A stretch of 64,000 bases of DNA from an uncultured Gemmatimonadales bacterium (GCA_963816355.1 CAWFKH010000001.1:1-64000), one strand, 5' to 3'; shown: positions 42,001 through 51,392, counted from the stretch's first letter. Numbers and translations are program-made. Notes: a model not told the origin generated them from the sequence alone.

Positions 42001-42397
42001 CGTCCGTCGACTTGTAGACGCCGCCGCCCGGCAGGATCGAGTTGCGCGAGTCCTCCTCCCCCGTCCCCGCCCACACCTGCATCGTGTCGCTCGGCGCGAT
42101 CGCCAGATCACCCATCGACGCCACGCGCTCGTGCTCGAACACCGGCCGGAACGTCGTCCCGGAATTCGTCGTCTTCCAGATCCCGCCGCCCGCGGCGGCG
42201 ACGAAATACGTCTTCGACGGACTCGCGATCCCCTCGATGTCCGTCACGCGGCCGTCCACGTTCGCCGGCCCGATCGTGCGCCAGCGGAACGCCGCGAGGA
42301 ACGTCGAATCCGGTGCGGCGCTCGACTGCGCCTGCAGCGGCGCGGCGCAGAGCGCCGCCAGCGCGAAGACGGCACCACGGAGGCGTTGCTTCTTCAT
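39041..42397 (-). CDS. Large VPS10/BNR beta-propeller (glycosyl hydrolase-like) secreted protein
   Basis: WRTIGP..GRV; many S/TxDGGxTW repeats; GGLQDNG; THGRS. Confidence 0.88.
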   Translation of the reverse strand: MKKQRLRGAVFALAALCAAPLQAQSSAAPDSTFLAAFRWRTIGPANVDGRVTDIEGIASPSKTYFVAAAGGGIWKTTNSGTTFRPVFEHERVASMGDLAIAPSDTMQVWAGTGEEDSRNSILPGGGVYKSTDGGLTWQSMGLEATQQIGRIVVDPRDADVVYVAALGHAWGANPERGLYKTTDGGRTWKKSKFVSDKAGFVDVALDPANPDVVFASSWQRVRGPYFLNSGGPGGALWKSTDAGATWAEVKGGGFPEGMKGRIGIAIAPSDRDVVYALVEAAGKTKEAPNESGLYRSGDGGATWAKMNDRNNRPFYYSQVRVDPKDPNRIYWSSTPFQFSDDGGKTVRTGTNGVHVDDHAMWIDPTDPEHFIVGNDGGVAQTFDRGGNYEYVNILPIGQFYAISFDMGTPYRVCGGLQDNGSWCGPSRRQRGMLDNYMWATIAGGDGFYTAQDPTDANTVYAESQGGNVVRVNMASGESKRLRKPGWEDRYREYEDSIVVERGDTTSPPPAAVKKHLAELRARQFADSVDSALRFNWDTPFFLSPHDPHVLYVGANKVLKSPNRGDTLIVISPDLSKRDTAKIRVSTATTGGITPDVTGAETYATITALAESPVTRGLLYAGTDDGNVWLSPDDGGHWTNLTPRFKGLVPDTTWVSRIEPSHFDANTFYVTFDGHTTNDFKPYVFVTNDGGRSFRSIAAGLPTGGPDFVLVIREDPYNRDLLFAGTGVGVYVSTDRGASWRAFMENFPTVAVFDLKIHPRDHELIAGTHGRSLWIVGIAPLEQLPKADLAGPVLFDPDSAFQFGDPPIGGESVAQQFFQAPSPDYGATISYWLPQALAPAAAELSGDGAAGDEGAAAGAQAGAAGARAGAGAGERAGAGARAGVAGARAGAAGAGGFRRPPRAEQVHIAILNAAGDTVQTLTGPGSRGLHHVAWDFRKKPEPRGPLSPSEKRDSVARVVRLKEIGDSLVSSGMDRRMVDRALAQIEGGGRRFFGGGGRGEGVVAGEPFVARPAESPPPRERGAAGAGAAAGAARAGGAGAAGGEVPTDVIREIFQALRSSGIRGFGGFRGFGGGPGTVDSGDYTVVLTAGGQTLRQTVHVKGQGSAEDAEGGEEGGAER

Positions 42398-42554
42398 CCT
42401 GACCTCGATCGCTGTGTGGACGTGGACCCGGCGCGCGGCCGCTCGCGACCGCGCTCGGCCGCCTCGGCCGCCTCGGCCGCGCGGGAGTCGGAGACGCGGC
42501 CCCGCCCGGGCCGCTCAGCCTTGAACGACGCGCGGCGCCCGCAAAACGTTGAGC

Positions 42555-43346
42555 TCAGCGCAGCGACAGCGTCACGCCGGCCAGCAGCCGCGCATCGTCC
42601 GGCCGCAGATCCGCGGGCGGCCGGCTGTCCCGCCGCCACTCGAGCGAGAGCTGCACGCCCACCCCGTGCGCGACCGCGACGTCCAGCCCCGCGTCGCTCA
42701 GCACGCGGTAATCCGCCGGCGCCCGCAGCCGCGGCTGGAAGTACAGCACCTCCGTCGCGCTCACGCCCGGCCGCAGATCGAGCGTACCCGCGACGATGCC
42801 GTCCAGCCGCGTCGTTCGCTCCCGCGCGCGCTCCCCCGGCGCCAGCCGCGACGCGTCCAGCCGCTCCCACTCCAGCATCGCGCCCACCCCCGCGTCCACG
42901 CGCCCGCCCGCCCCCGCCGCCAGCCGGCGCCGCACGCCGCTCCCCACCAGCACGCGCCGCTCGAGCAGCAGCCGCGCGTTCGACTGCACCTGCACGAAGT
43001 GGAACGTGCGCCAGCGCCGCGTCAGGAAGTAGCTGTAGCGGAGGTGCACGTAACGGTTGTCCACGAGCCGCTCGCCGCCCCGCTGCTGCAGGTAGTCCGC
43101 GCCCGCGAACAGCCGCACCCAGTGACGCGCCGCGCGGTAAGCCGCCCCGGCGCTCACCGACGCCTGCGCCACCCGCGTGTTGCCCGCGCTCACGCTGCCC
43201 GTGCCCGCGAAGTCGAGCTGCGCCCCCATCACCGTGTCCGACTGCAGCCGCTCCACGTTCAGGATGCTCTGGCCGCGCGCCCCGGCCGCGACTCCGAGCA
43301 GCAGGACGACGGCGGCGGCGCACGCCGCCGTGGCACTCGCCTGCAT
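42555..43346 (-). CDS. DUF481-like outer-membrane protein
   Basis: Signal peptide, ILNVE, AGNT, YFQP; beta-strand pattern. Confidence 0.65.
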   Translation of the reverse strand: MQASATAACAAAVVLLLGVAAGARGQSILNVERLQSDTVMGAQLDFAGTGSVSAGNTRVAQASVSAGAAYRAARHWVRLFAGADYLQQRGGERLVDNRYVHLRYSYFLTRRWRTFHFVQVQSNARLLLERRVLVGSGVRRRLAAGAGGRVDAGVGAMLEWERLDASRLAPGERARERTTRLDGIVAGTLDLRPGVSATEVLYFQPRLRAPADYRVLSDAGLDVAVAHGVGVQLSLEWRRDSRPPADLRPDDARLLAGVTLSLR

Positions 43347-43463
43347 CCGCTCCCTCCTCTTCCGACGCTGCACCCCTGGACGCCGCCCGCGCCCGCGCTC
43401 ACCTTCCCCCGCGTCCCGCTGTCACGGGAACCCGATCGCTCCCCGCTCGATTGCGATGGCACG

Positions 43464-44186
43464 ATGCACACGTTCGCCTCGATCCTCGCCGGCGGCCTTG
43501 CCGACGACCTGCAGCGGCACCCGCTGCTGGCCCTCGGCACGCTCTTCGGCGCCGGCGTGCTGACCAGCCTCACGCCGTGCATCTACCCGATGATCCCGAT
43601 CACCATCGGCGTCATCGGCGGGAGCGCGGCCGCGGACCGCACACGCCGCCGCACCGTCCTGCTCACGCTCACCTACGCCGCCGGGCTCGCGCTCCTCTAC
43701 GCGCTGCTCGGGCTGCTCGCCGGGCTGACCGGATCCCTCTTCGGCACCATCAGCGCCAACCCGTGGGCGCGCTTCGCCACCGCCAACCTGCTCCTCCTCT
43801 TCGGCCTGGCGATGCTCGACGTGTTCCCCCTCGCCGCGCCCGCCCGCCTCGTCGCCTGGGCCGGCCGCCTCGGCGGCGGCTCCTTCCCCGCCGTCTTCCT
43901 GCTCGGCGCCACATCCGGCCTCGTCGCCGCGCCCTGCGGCGCGCCCGCGTTCGCCGCCGTCCTCACCTGGGTCGCCGGACAGGGGAGCCCCGCGCTCGGA
44001 TTCGTGTATCTCTTCGTGTTCTCGCTCGGGATGACCGCGCTGCTCATCGTCGCCGGCATCTTCTCCGGCTCGCTCGCGCGCCTGCCGCGCGCCGGCCGCT
44101 GGACCCTCTGGGTCAAGCGGATCGCCGGCGTCGTCCTGATCGGGATGGCGGAATACTACTTCATTCAGATGGGAATGGTACTGTGA
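43464..44186 (+). CDS. ccdA: CcdA/DsbD transmembrane disulfide transporter
   Basis: SLTPCIYPMIP and APCGAP with six TM segments. Confidence 0.88.
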   Translation: MHTFASILAGGLADDLQRHPLLALGTLFGAGVLTSLTPCIYPMIPITIGVIGGSAAADRTRRRTVLLTLTYAAGLALLYALLGLLAGLTGSLFGTISANPWARFATANLLLLFGLAMLDVFPLAAPARLVAWAGRLGGGSFPAVFLLGATSGLVAAPCGAPAFAAVLTWVAGQGSPALGFVYLFVFSLGMTALLIVAGIFSGSLARLPRAGRWTLWVKRIAGVVLIGMAEYYFIQMGMVL

Positions 44187-44800
44187 TCGGATCCAGAATC
44201 GACAGGCCCGAATCGACCGGGACGTCGCCCGAATCGACCGGGACGTCGCCCGAATCGATCGGGACGTCGCCCGAATCGACGCGCCGCCTCGCCGGCGCCG
44301 CGCGCCTCGCGCTCGGCGCGCTCCTCGCCGCCGCCTTCACCGCCGCGCCGGCCGCGCTGCGCGCCCAGGACATCGGCCTCGACGTCGGCACCGCCCCGCC
44401 GGCCGTCACCATCGAGGACCTGCAGGGCAACGCCGTCGACCTCGGCGCCTACGTCGGCAAGCGGCCCGTCCTCCTCGAGTTCTGGGCCACCTGGTGCCCC
44501 ATCTGCAAGGCGCTCGCGCCGCGCATCGAGGCCGCCCACCGCCGCTTCGGCGACCGCGTCGACTTCCTCGTCGTCGCCGTCGCCGTCAACGAGACGCCGC
44601 GCTCGATCCGCCGCCACCTGGCGAAGAACCCGGTGCCCGGCACGGTGCTGTGGGACGTCGACGGCCGCGCCACGCGCGCCTTCGACGCCCCCACCACCTC
44701 CTACGTCGTCGTGCTCGACCGCGCCGGCCGCGTCAGCTACACGGGCAGCGGCAGCGACCAGGACCTGGAGGGCGCGCTGGCGAAGGTCGCCGGCGGCTGA
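44183..44800 (+). CDS. TlpA family thiol-disulfide reductase
   Basis: EFWATWCPIC; GTGA overlap with ccdA. Confidence 0.88.
   Translation: MIGSRIDRPESTGTSPESTGTSPESIGTSPESTRRLAGAARLALGALLAAAFTAAPAALRAQDIGLDVGTAPPAVTIEDLQGNAVDLGAYVGKRPVLLEFWATWCPICKALAPRIEAAHRRFGDRVDFLVVAVAVNETPRSIRRHLAKNPVPGTVLWDVDGRATRAFDAPTTSYVVVLDRAGRVSYTGSGSDQDLEGALAKVAGG
44207..44280 (+). repeat. 21-bp tandem repeat, about 3.5 copies
   Basis: cccgaatcga(c/t)cgggacgtcg, encoding PESTGTS. Confidence 0.9.
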
Positions 44801-44845
44801 GGCGAGCGCTCCGCCGAGCGCGCCCGGGACCCGGACCGACGGCGC

Positions 44846-45469
44846 TCAGCCGCCGCCCGCGCTGTCCGGCGGCACGAGCCGATCGAGCGCCGCACCCAGC
44901 TCCTTGTACGCGGTCGGATCGATCTCGCGGAACGGCGTCGCCGTGTAGGCGATCTTCCCGTCCGGCCCCACCACATACAGGTTGCGGTTCGTGAGGTCCG
45001 GCCGCTGCGGGAAGACGGCGCCGTACGCGCGGCCGACCACCGCGCCGCTGTCGCTCGCCATGAGGAAGGGGAACTCGTCGTCGCGGGCCCACGACGCGAG
45101 ATCGGCGGGCGAGTCCGTGCTGATCGCGATGAGCACGATCCCGTGGCCGTCGTGGAAGAGCTGCGCGTACTGATCACGGTACGCGTGCATTTGGATCGTT
45201 CAGCCCTTCGTCCGCGCGCGCACGAAGAAGGACAGCACGACCGTCTTCCCCTTGTAGTCGCTGAGCCGCACCGGCTCCGCCAGCACCCCCCAGCGCGTCG
45301 CCCCCGGCATGCTGAAGTCCGGCGCGACGTCGCCCGCCTGCAGCGGCTTCACGTCCACCTTCGCCGGCGCGGCTCCGCCCTGCTGCGCCAGCGCCGGCGA
45401 CGGCGCGCCCAGCGCCGCCGCGACGCCTCCGGCCGCCAGCCAACCGAGCAGCTTCGCTCTCCCTCTCAT
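44846..45469 (-). CDS. Exported peroxiredoxin-like (BCP/PrxQ-type) selenoprotein; UGA at 45202-45200 read as Sec
   Basis: ORFs 45200..45628 and 44846..45190 are in one frame, joined by TGA-ACG-ATC-CAA; APDF..LSDYKGKTVVLSFF..T-K-G-U-T; SECIS-like stem downstream. Confidence 0.85.
45164..45185 (-). promoter_or_regulatory. Candidate bacterial SECIS element
   Basis: CGCGUAC-CGUGAUCA-GUACGCG; the stem follows the UGA after a 14-nt gap. Confidence 0.7.
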
Positions 45470-45593
45470 CGCATTCCTCCTGTGACGTTCGGCCCTCGCG
45501 CGGCCGAGCGGCCGCGCGAGAAAGTTCGGTCCGCGCCCAACATACGCGCCCTCGCCGGCACCCGCGAACCGCGCCCGCGAGACGCGACTCGCC

Positions 45594-46838
45594 TCACGCC
45601 ACGCCGCCGTCGCGCGCCTCCTGCGCAATCCGCCCGCCGCCCCCGGGGTTCCCCTCCTCCTCCAGCTCGCCTCGCTGCGCTTCCTCGGGCGGCACCGCCA
45701 CGCGCCGCGCGACGAGCACGTCAGTCGAGGAATGCACGACGATCGACGCGGCGATCACGACGGCGGCGAGCTGGAACACCTTCCCGGCCTGCTCGGCGCC
45801 GCTGCGCAGGACGAGGATCGCGAAGACGACGGAGGCGAACCCCTTCGGTCCGAACCACGCGGCGACGAGCTTCTCCTTGCGCGAGAGGCGGCTGCCCAGG
45901 AGCGCAATGCCGATCGCCAGCGGCCGCGCGACCACCAGCGCGAGCCCCACGAAGGCCAGCTCCGCCAGGCCGAAACCCTGAAAGAGCCGCCCCGCGAGCA
46001 GCGTCCCGAAGAGCAGCACGCCGGCGAACTTGAGCAGGTCCGCGATCCCCTCGCCGAACTCCCGGAACGCCTTCGAGAACCGACCGCCGGTCGAGCTGAG
46101 CGTGGCCCCCGCCGCGAACGCGGCCAGGAACTCGTTGGCGTGCAGCAGCCCGGCCGTCGCGTAGACGATCATCGCCACCGCGACCGCCACGAAGCGCTGG
46201 TACGCGTCGCTCACGCCGAGGAAGCGGAAGCCGGTGACGCGCACGGCGCACCACGCGATCGCGACGCCGACGGCGAGACCCGCCGCGACCGAGCCGGCGA
46301 GCCGGAACGCGAGCGAGCTCGTGTCGTAGGTGGCCAGGATGCCGAGCACGATCGGCAGCGCCAGGCCGTCGTTCAGCCCGCTCTCCACGTTCAGCAGGTG
46401 GCGCAGCCGCCATGGCACCTCCGCCCGCTGCACGAGCGCCGCCGCGAAGACCGGGTCCGTCGGCGAGAGGACGGCGCCCAGGAGGAACGCTTCCCGCCAG
46501 CGCACTCCGACCACCACGTGCGCCGCCAGCGCCGTGAGGCCCAGCGTCAGCGGCATGCCGACCAGCAGCGCGCGACCCGGCGCCCGCCAGCCGCGCCGCA
46601 GGTCGTCCAGCCCGGTGCGCGTGCCGTCCGTGAAGAGGACGCTGAAGAGGACGATCTGCGCCAGGTAGCGCACCGACGCGGCGTCCGCCCTCACCCGCAC
46701 CAGGCCGAAGCCGCCGCCGCCCACCAGCCAGCCCGCCACGAGGAAGACCACCGCCGAGGAGACGATGCTCCGCCGCGAGTAGTCCGAGACGATCGCGGCA
46801 AGGAAGAGGGCCAGCGCGAATGCGAGTACGGCGGTCAT
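45594..46838 (-). CDS. Cation:proton antiporter (CPA1/NhaP-like)
   Basis: LSPTDPV, ESGLNDG, WFGPKG. Confidence 0.9.
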   Translation of the reverse strand: MTAVLAFALALFLAAIVSDYSRRSIVSSAVVFLVAGWLVGGGGFGLVRVRADAASVRYLAQIVLFSVLFTDGTRTGLDDLRRGWRAPGRALLVGMPLTLGLTALAAHVVVGVRWREAFLLGAVLSPTDPVFAAALVQRAEVPWRLRHLLNVESGLNDGLALPIVLGILATYDTSSLAFRLAGSVAAGLAVGVAIAWCAVRVTGFRFLGVSDAYQRFVAVAVAMIVYATAGLLHANEFLAAFAAGATLSSTGGRFSKAFREFGEGIADLLKFAGVLLFGTLLAGRLFQGFGLAELAFVGLALVVARPLAIGIALLGSRLSRKEKLVAAWFGPKGFASVVFAILVLRSGAEQAGKVFQLAAVVIAASIVVHSSTDVLVARRVAVPPEEAQRGELEEEGNPGGGGRIAQEARDGGVA

Positions 46839-46921
46839 GGCACCGGCGCTTCCGGTGCAAGCTCCAATCCACGCGCCGGGCGTGCGGCCCTACGCGCCGC
46901 CCAGCGAGCGCCGCTCCCCGC

Positions 46922-47497
46922 CTACCCGCCGCCCGCCAGCCGCGCGAAGTGCGCCTTGCGCAGCTTCGCGATCTTCGGCTCGATCACCAGCCGGCAGTAC
47001 GACTGCTCCGGGTTGCGCCGGAAGTACTCGCGGTGGTACGCCTCCGCCGCATAAAACGCCTCCAGCGGTGCGACCTCCGTCACGATCGGCCCCCGCCACG
47101 TGCCCGCCCGCTCCAGCTCCGCGATCGCCGACTCCGCCGCCTCGCGCTGCTCCGGCGTGTGGTAGAAGATCGCCGAGCGGTACTGCGTGCCGACATCCGC
47201 CCCTTGCCGGTTCGGCGTCGTCGGGTCGTGGATCGTGAAGAAGACGTCGAGCAGGTCGCGGTAGCTCACCACCGCCGCGTCGAACCGCACCTGGACCGCC
47301 TCCGCGTGCCCGGTCCCGCCGCCGCACACCTGCCGGTACGTCGGGTTCGCCACCGTGCCGCCGGTGTAGCCGGATACCACCGACTCCACCCCGCGGATCA
47401 GCTCGAACGCCGCTTCCAGGCACCAGAAGCAGCCGCCCGCCAGCGTCGCCGTCTCCAGCGCCCGCTCCTCCACTCGCCCTCCCTCGCTCCCGTCCAT
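46922..47497 (-). CDS. msrA: Peptide-methionine (S)-S-oxide reductase
   Basis: GGCFWC, GHAEAV, HDPT..NRQGADVGTQYRS, AEAYH. Confidence 0.95.
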   Translation of the reverse strand: MDGSEGGRVEERALETATLAGGCFWCLEAAFELIRGVESVVSGYTGGTVANPTYRQVCGGGTGHAEAVQVRFDAAVVSYRDLLDVFFTIHDPTTPNRQGADVGTQYRSAIFYHTPEQREAAESAIAELERAGTWRGPIVTEVAPLEAFYAAEAYHREYFRRNPEQSYCRLVIEPKIAKLRKAHFARLAGGG

Positions 47498-47511
47498 CGC
47501 CCGACTCCCCT

Positions 47512-49545
47512 TCAGCTCGCCGCGCCGCCGCCCGCGCCGGCGGGCAGCGTGCGGGCGAGGAGCGGACCGATCTCGGGGCCGCGGCCCATGAAGGCGCGGT
47601 AGAGCGCGTCCGGCTCTGCGCTCAGTCCCGGCCGCAGGATCGCCTCCGCGAACGCCTCGCCCACCGCCCGGCTCAGCAGGCCCTCCCGCTTGAAGCGCGT
47701 GAACGCGTCCGCGTCCAGCATCTCGCTCCACTTGTACGAATGGTACGCCGCCGCGTAGCCGCCGCCGAAGATGTGGGTGAAGGCGCACAGGAAGTCGTTG
47801 TCGGCGAAGTCCGGCCGCACCGCGTAGCGGCCGAGCACCTCGCGCCCGCGCGCCAGCGGGTCGCCCGCCGCGTGCGCGTGCAGGTCGAGGTCGACCGCGC
47901 CGAAGCCGAGCTGCCGCATCTGCGCGCTCGCGGAGCGGAAGTCGCGCGAGCGGCGCAGGCGCTCCACCACCTCGCCCGGGATCGGCTCGCCGGAATCGAC
48001 GTGGCCGGAGAAGAGCGGCAGCGCCTCCGGCTCCCAGCACCAGTTCTCCATGATCTGCGACGGCAGCTCGACGAAGTCGCGAGGCACGCGCGTGCCCGAG
48101 CGCGTCTTCAGCTCCGCCGTCGACAGCGCCGCGTGCAGCAGGTGGCCGAACTCGTGGAAGAGCGTCTCCACCTCGCCGTGCGTGAGCAGCGGCGGCCCGC
48201 CTTCCGGCGGCGGCGTGAAGTTCGCGCACACCGCGATCAGGTGCGGTTCGAAGCCGCGCTCCGCCGGCCCGCCCGTGACCAGCCCCTCCTTCCACGCGCC
48301 GCCCCGCTTCGTCGGCCGCGGGAAGAGGTCGAGGTAGAACGACGCCCGGTGCACGCCGGCGTCGTCGCGCAGCTCGAAGTAGCGCACGTCCGGGTGCCAC
48401 AGCGCCTGCGTGGCGCGCTCCTCCACTTGCACGCCGAAGAGCCGGCCCGCGATCTCGAACAGCCCCTCGAGCACCCGCGGCAGCGGGAAGTACGGCCGCA
48501 GCGCCTCCTCGTCGATGTCGAAACGCTCGCGCCGCAGCCGCTCCGCCAGGAAGGCGACGTCCCACGGCTCCAGCCGCGCGTAGCCCTGACGCCCCGCCGC
48601 CGCCTCCAGCGCCTCGCTCTCCGCGCGGAAGTGCGGCGCCGTCCTCGTCGTCAGCAGCGCGACGAACTCCTCCGCCCGCGCCGCGGAGCCGACCATGTTC
48701 AGCTCGGCCGCGTACTGCGCGAAGCTCTCCCGGCCGAGCAGCGCCGCCAGCTCCCGCCGCGCCGCCAGGATGCGCGCGATCACCGGACGGTTGTCGTACG
48801 GCGGACGCGAGGCGACCGAGACGTGCGCCTCGTGCATGCGACGTCGCAGGTCGCGCCGCTCCGCGTAGCGCTGGAATGGCGCGTACGACGGCGCGTGCAG
48901 CGTGAACACCCAGCCGTCCACCCCGCGCGCCGCCGCCTCCCGCCGCGCCAGCGAGAGCAGCGACGCCGGCAGCCCCGCCACCTCCGCCGCCTCGCGCAGG
49001 TGCAGCGAGAACGCGTTCCGCGAGTCCAGCACCTGGTTCTCGAAGCGCGTCTGCAGCTCCGACAACTCCACCCGCAGCGCCGCCACCCGCTCCCGCGACG
49101 CCGCCGGCAGGCTGGCACCCGCGTGCCGCAGCTCCCGCAGCGCCCGCTCCAGGTAGAAGCGCCGCGGCTCCGCCAGCGCGCGCGCCTCCGCCGTCTCCGC
49201 GTACTCGCGCAGCGCCCCCCACACCGCCGGATCCGTGTCGATCCGCGCGAAGAACCGCTCGTACTCCGGCTGCGCCTCCGCGTGCGCCGCCCGCAGCGCC
49301 GGCGTGCTCCATACGTTCATCAGGTGCTCGACGATCCCGCTCACCCGCTCGACCCGCGACACCTCCTCGTCGAGCCGCGCCACCGTGAGCGCGAACGTGC
49401 GTCCGCCCGCGCCACCCGCCAGCTCGCCGATCCCCCGCTCCGCCCGCGCCACCGCCGCGCGCACCGCGCCCCGCACGTCGGCCGCCGTGATGCGGTCGAA
49501 GCGGACCGGAAAATCTTCCTCCAGCAGCGCGTTCAACGCCGGCAT
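47512..49545 (-). CDS. M3 family oligopeptidase
   Basis: FHEFGH, DFVELPSQ, HIFGGGYAA. Confidence 0.92.
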   Translation of the reverse strand: MPALNALLEEDFPVRFDRITAADVRGAVRAAVARAERGIGELAGGAGGRTFALTVARLDEEVSRVERVSGIVEHLMNVWSTPALRAAHAEAQPEYERFFARIDTDPAVWGALREYAETAEARALAEPRRFYLERALRELRHAGASLPAASRERVAALRVELSELQTRFENQVLDSRNAFSLHLREAAEVAGLPASLLSLARREAAARGVDGWVFTLHAPSYAPFQRYAERRDLRRRMHEAHVSVASRPPYDNRPVIARILAARRELAALLGRESFAQYAAELNMVGSAARAEEFVALLTTRTAPHFRAESEALEAAAGRQGYARLEPWDVAFLAERLRRERFDIDEEALRPYFPLPRVLEGLFEIAGRLFGVQVEERATQALWHPDVRYFELRDDAGVHRASFYLDLFPRPTKRGGAWKEGLVTGGPAERGFEPHLIAVCANFTPPPEGGPPLLTHGEVETLFHEFGHLLHAALSTAELKTRSGTRVPRDFVELPSQIMENWCWEPEALPLFSGHVDSGEPIPGEVVERLRRSRDFRSASAQMRQLGFGAVDLDLHAHAAGDPLARGREVLGRYAVRPDFADNDFLCAFTHIFGGGYAAAYHSYKWSEMLDADAFTRFKREGLLSRAVGEAFAEAILRPGLSAEPDALYRAFMGRGPEIGPLLARTLPAGAGGGAAS

Positions 49546-49636
49546 CTCTCCCTCGTCTCGGGTCCCGCCGCGCCGCGAACGCCGCCGCGCCCCACCGCGC
49601 CGCGCCGCGCGCGCCGTCCGCCCGACGCGCGACCGA

Positions 49637-50830
49637 TCACGGCTCGCCGGTCATGATGAAGAGCGGGCGGCCGTTGAACTCGTAGATCGGGCGCAGCCGG
49701 TCGGTGTTGTAGTACTTCGCGACGCGGACGTACTTCTTGGCGCCCGTGACGGCGTCGATCGGCACGCTGTCGTAGTGGCCGTGGTGGATGCTGACGAGGC
49801 GGCCGAAGTTGCCGCCGAGCACGAGGTCGAGCGCGAGGTTGCCGAACGCCATCGGCACGATCGAGTCCATCGCGTCCGGGTCGCCGGAGCGCACGAGGTA
49901 GCCGAGCCGCTGGTTCACGACGTCGATGCGGCGGCCGCCGTTGTACTTCGGCGAGCGGTCCTTCAGCAGCGCGGCCACCTTGTCGCCCACGCCGCCCAGC
50001 TTGCGGTGCCCGTACTGGTCGCGCTCCTCGCTCTCGAACGACATCTCCGCCTCGCCCAGGATCGTCGCGCCCTCCGACACCAGCACCACCGCGTAGCGGC
50101 TGGGGTGCCGGTTGCGATCGTACACCAGCAGCTCCGTGAGGCGCTCGATGTCGAACGGGTGCTCCGGAATCACGCAGCGGTCCGCCGCCCCCGCCATCGT
50201 CGGCAGCAGCGCGGTGAAGCCGGCGTAGCGGCCGAACACCTCGATCACCAGGAAGCGCTCGTGCGAGCCGGCCGACGTGCGCAGCCGGTGCGTCAGCTCG
50301 ATCGTGCGCGTGACGCACGTGCTGAACCCGATGCAGTAGTCGGTGCCCGGCACGTCGTTGTCCATCGTCTTCGGCACCGCCACCGTCGGCACGCCCGCCG
50401 CGTGCAGCCGCGCCGCGTAGCTCAGCGTGTCGTCGCCGCCGATCGGGATCAGCGCGTCAACGCCCAGGAATTCGAGGTTCTTCAGGATCTCCGGCGTGAT
50501 GTCGTTGACGTCCGCCCCGTAGCGTCCGGCGAGGTGCGGCGGCACGCGCTCGCGAGGGAGGTGGCTCGGCCGCGTCCGCGAACTGTGCAGGAACGTGCCG
50601 CCGGTCCGCCCCGCCCGGTTCACGATCGCCTCCGTCAGCTCCTGGACGTGCTCGCCGTTGTCCGCGCCCGCCTCCGGCACCAGGTCCACAAGACCCGCCC
50701 AGCCGTGGCGGATCCCCAGGACGCGGTAGCCCTCGCGCGCGGCGCGGATCGTGATCGCGCGGATCGCGGGATTGAGGCCGGGGACGTCACCGCCCCCGGT
50801 GAGAATGGCGATGGTGCCCTTGCTGGCCAT
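49637..50830 (-). CDS. pfkA: 6-phosphofructokinase (PfkA family, PPi-type signature)
   Basis: TGGGDVPGLN, GGDDT, PKTMDND, EVFGRYAG. Confidence 0.9.
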   Translation of the reverse strand: MASKGTIAILTGGGDVPGLNPAIRAITIRAAREGYRVLGIRHGWAGLVDLVPEAGADNGEHVQELTEAIVNRAGRTGGTFLHSSRTRPSHLPRERVPPHLAGRYGADVNDITPEILKNLEFLGVDALIPIGGDDTLSYAARLHAAGVPTVAVPKTMDNDVPGTDYCIGFSTCVTRTIELTHRLRTSAGSHERFLVIEVFGRYAGFTALLPTMAGAADRCVIPEHPFDIERLTELLVYDRNRHPSRYAVVLVSEGATILGEAEMSFESEERDQYGHRKLGGVGDKVAALLKDRSPKYNGGRRIDVVNQRLGYLVRSGDPDAMDSIVPMAFGNLALDLVLGGNFGRLVSIHHGHYDSVPIDAVTGAKKYVRVAKYYNTDRLRPIYEFNGRPLFIMTGEP

Positions 50831-50912
50831 GGTGACGTGCTCGATCTGCGGTGTGGAGGTCGGCGGCGATGCGGGACGTGCGGCGCGCGGCTCTCCGCGT
50901 GGATCCCGCGCC

Positions 50913-51146
50913 TCAGCGCGAGTCGCCGCCCTTGTAGCGGTACGTGATGCGGCCCCGGGAGAAGTCGTACGGCGACACCTCGAGCGCCACCCGGTCCCCC
51001 TGCAGCACCCGGATCTTGAACTTCGACATCTTGCCGCTCGCGTACGCCAGAACAATGTGACCGTTGTCGAGCTGGACCCGGAAGTTCTGGTCCGGGAGCA
51101 CCTCCGTCACCACGCCTTCCACCTGAATCGCTTCCTGCTTCGCCAT
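50913..51146 (-). CDS. infA: Translation initiation factor IF-1
   Basis: [35 protein letters not shown]. Confidence 0.95.
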   Translation of the reverse strand: MAKQEAIQVEGVVTEVLPDQNFRVQLDNGHIVLAYASGKMSKFKIRVLQGDRVALEVSPYDFSRGRITYRYKGGDSR

Positions 51147-51392
51147 AGATCGCCCCGCGCCACGTGAGCCTGCCCTGCACGACGACGCCCGCCGAGCGCG
51201 CCGGCGGCGCCGCGTCGATCGGGCGGTTCGCACCGGCGCACCCCGCGCCGGTGAATTCCTCTGAATCTACTCCTTGCGGCGTACCCGCGCCACCCGTTCC
51301 CGCGCCCGCTCTTGTCCCCGCGCCCGCCGCCCGCCATCCTTGCCCGACCGCGCCTCCCGCCCACGCCGCGCCCCCCGAACCGGACGCCCGCC

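Noticed and set aside
39104..44180. 1898-aa + strand ORF and similar long Arg/Ala/Pro-rich ORFs (for example 53194..57153 -, 14565..16922 +)
   Set aside because: These are shadow frames of real genes in very high-GC DNA. Only the last part of the 1898-aa ORF (44183-44800) is a real gene.
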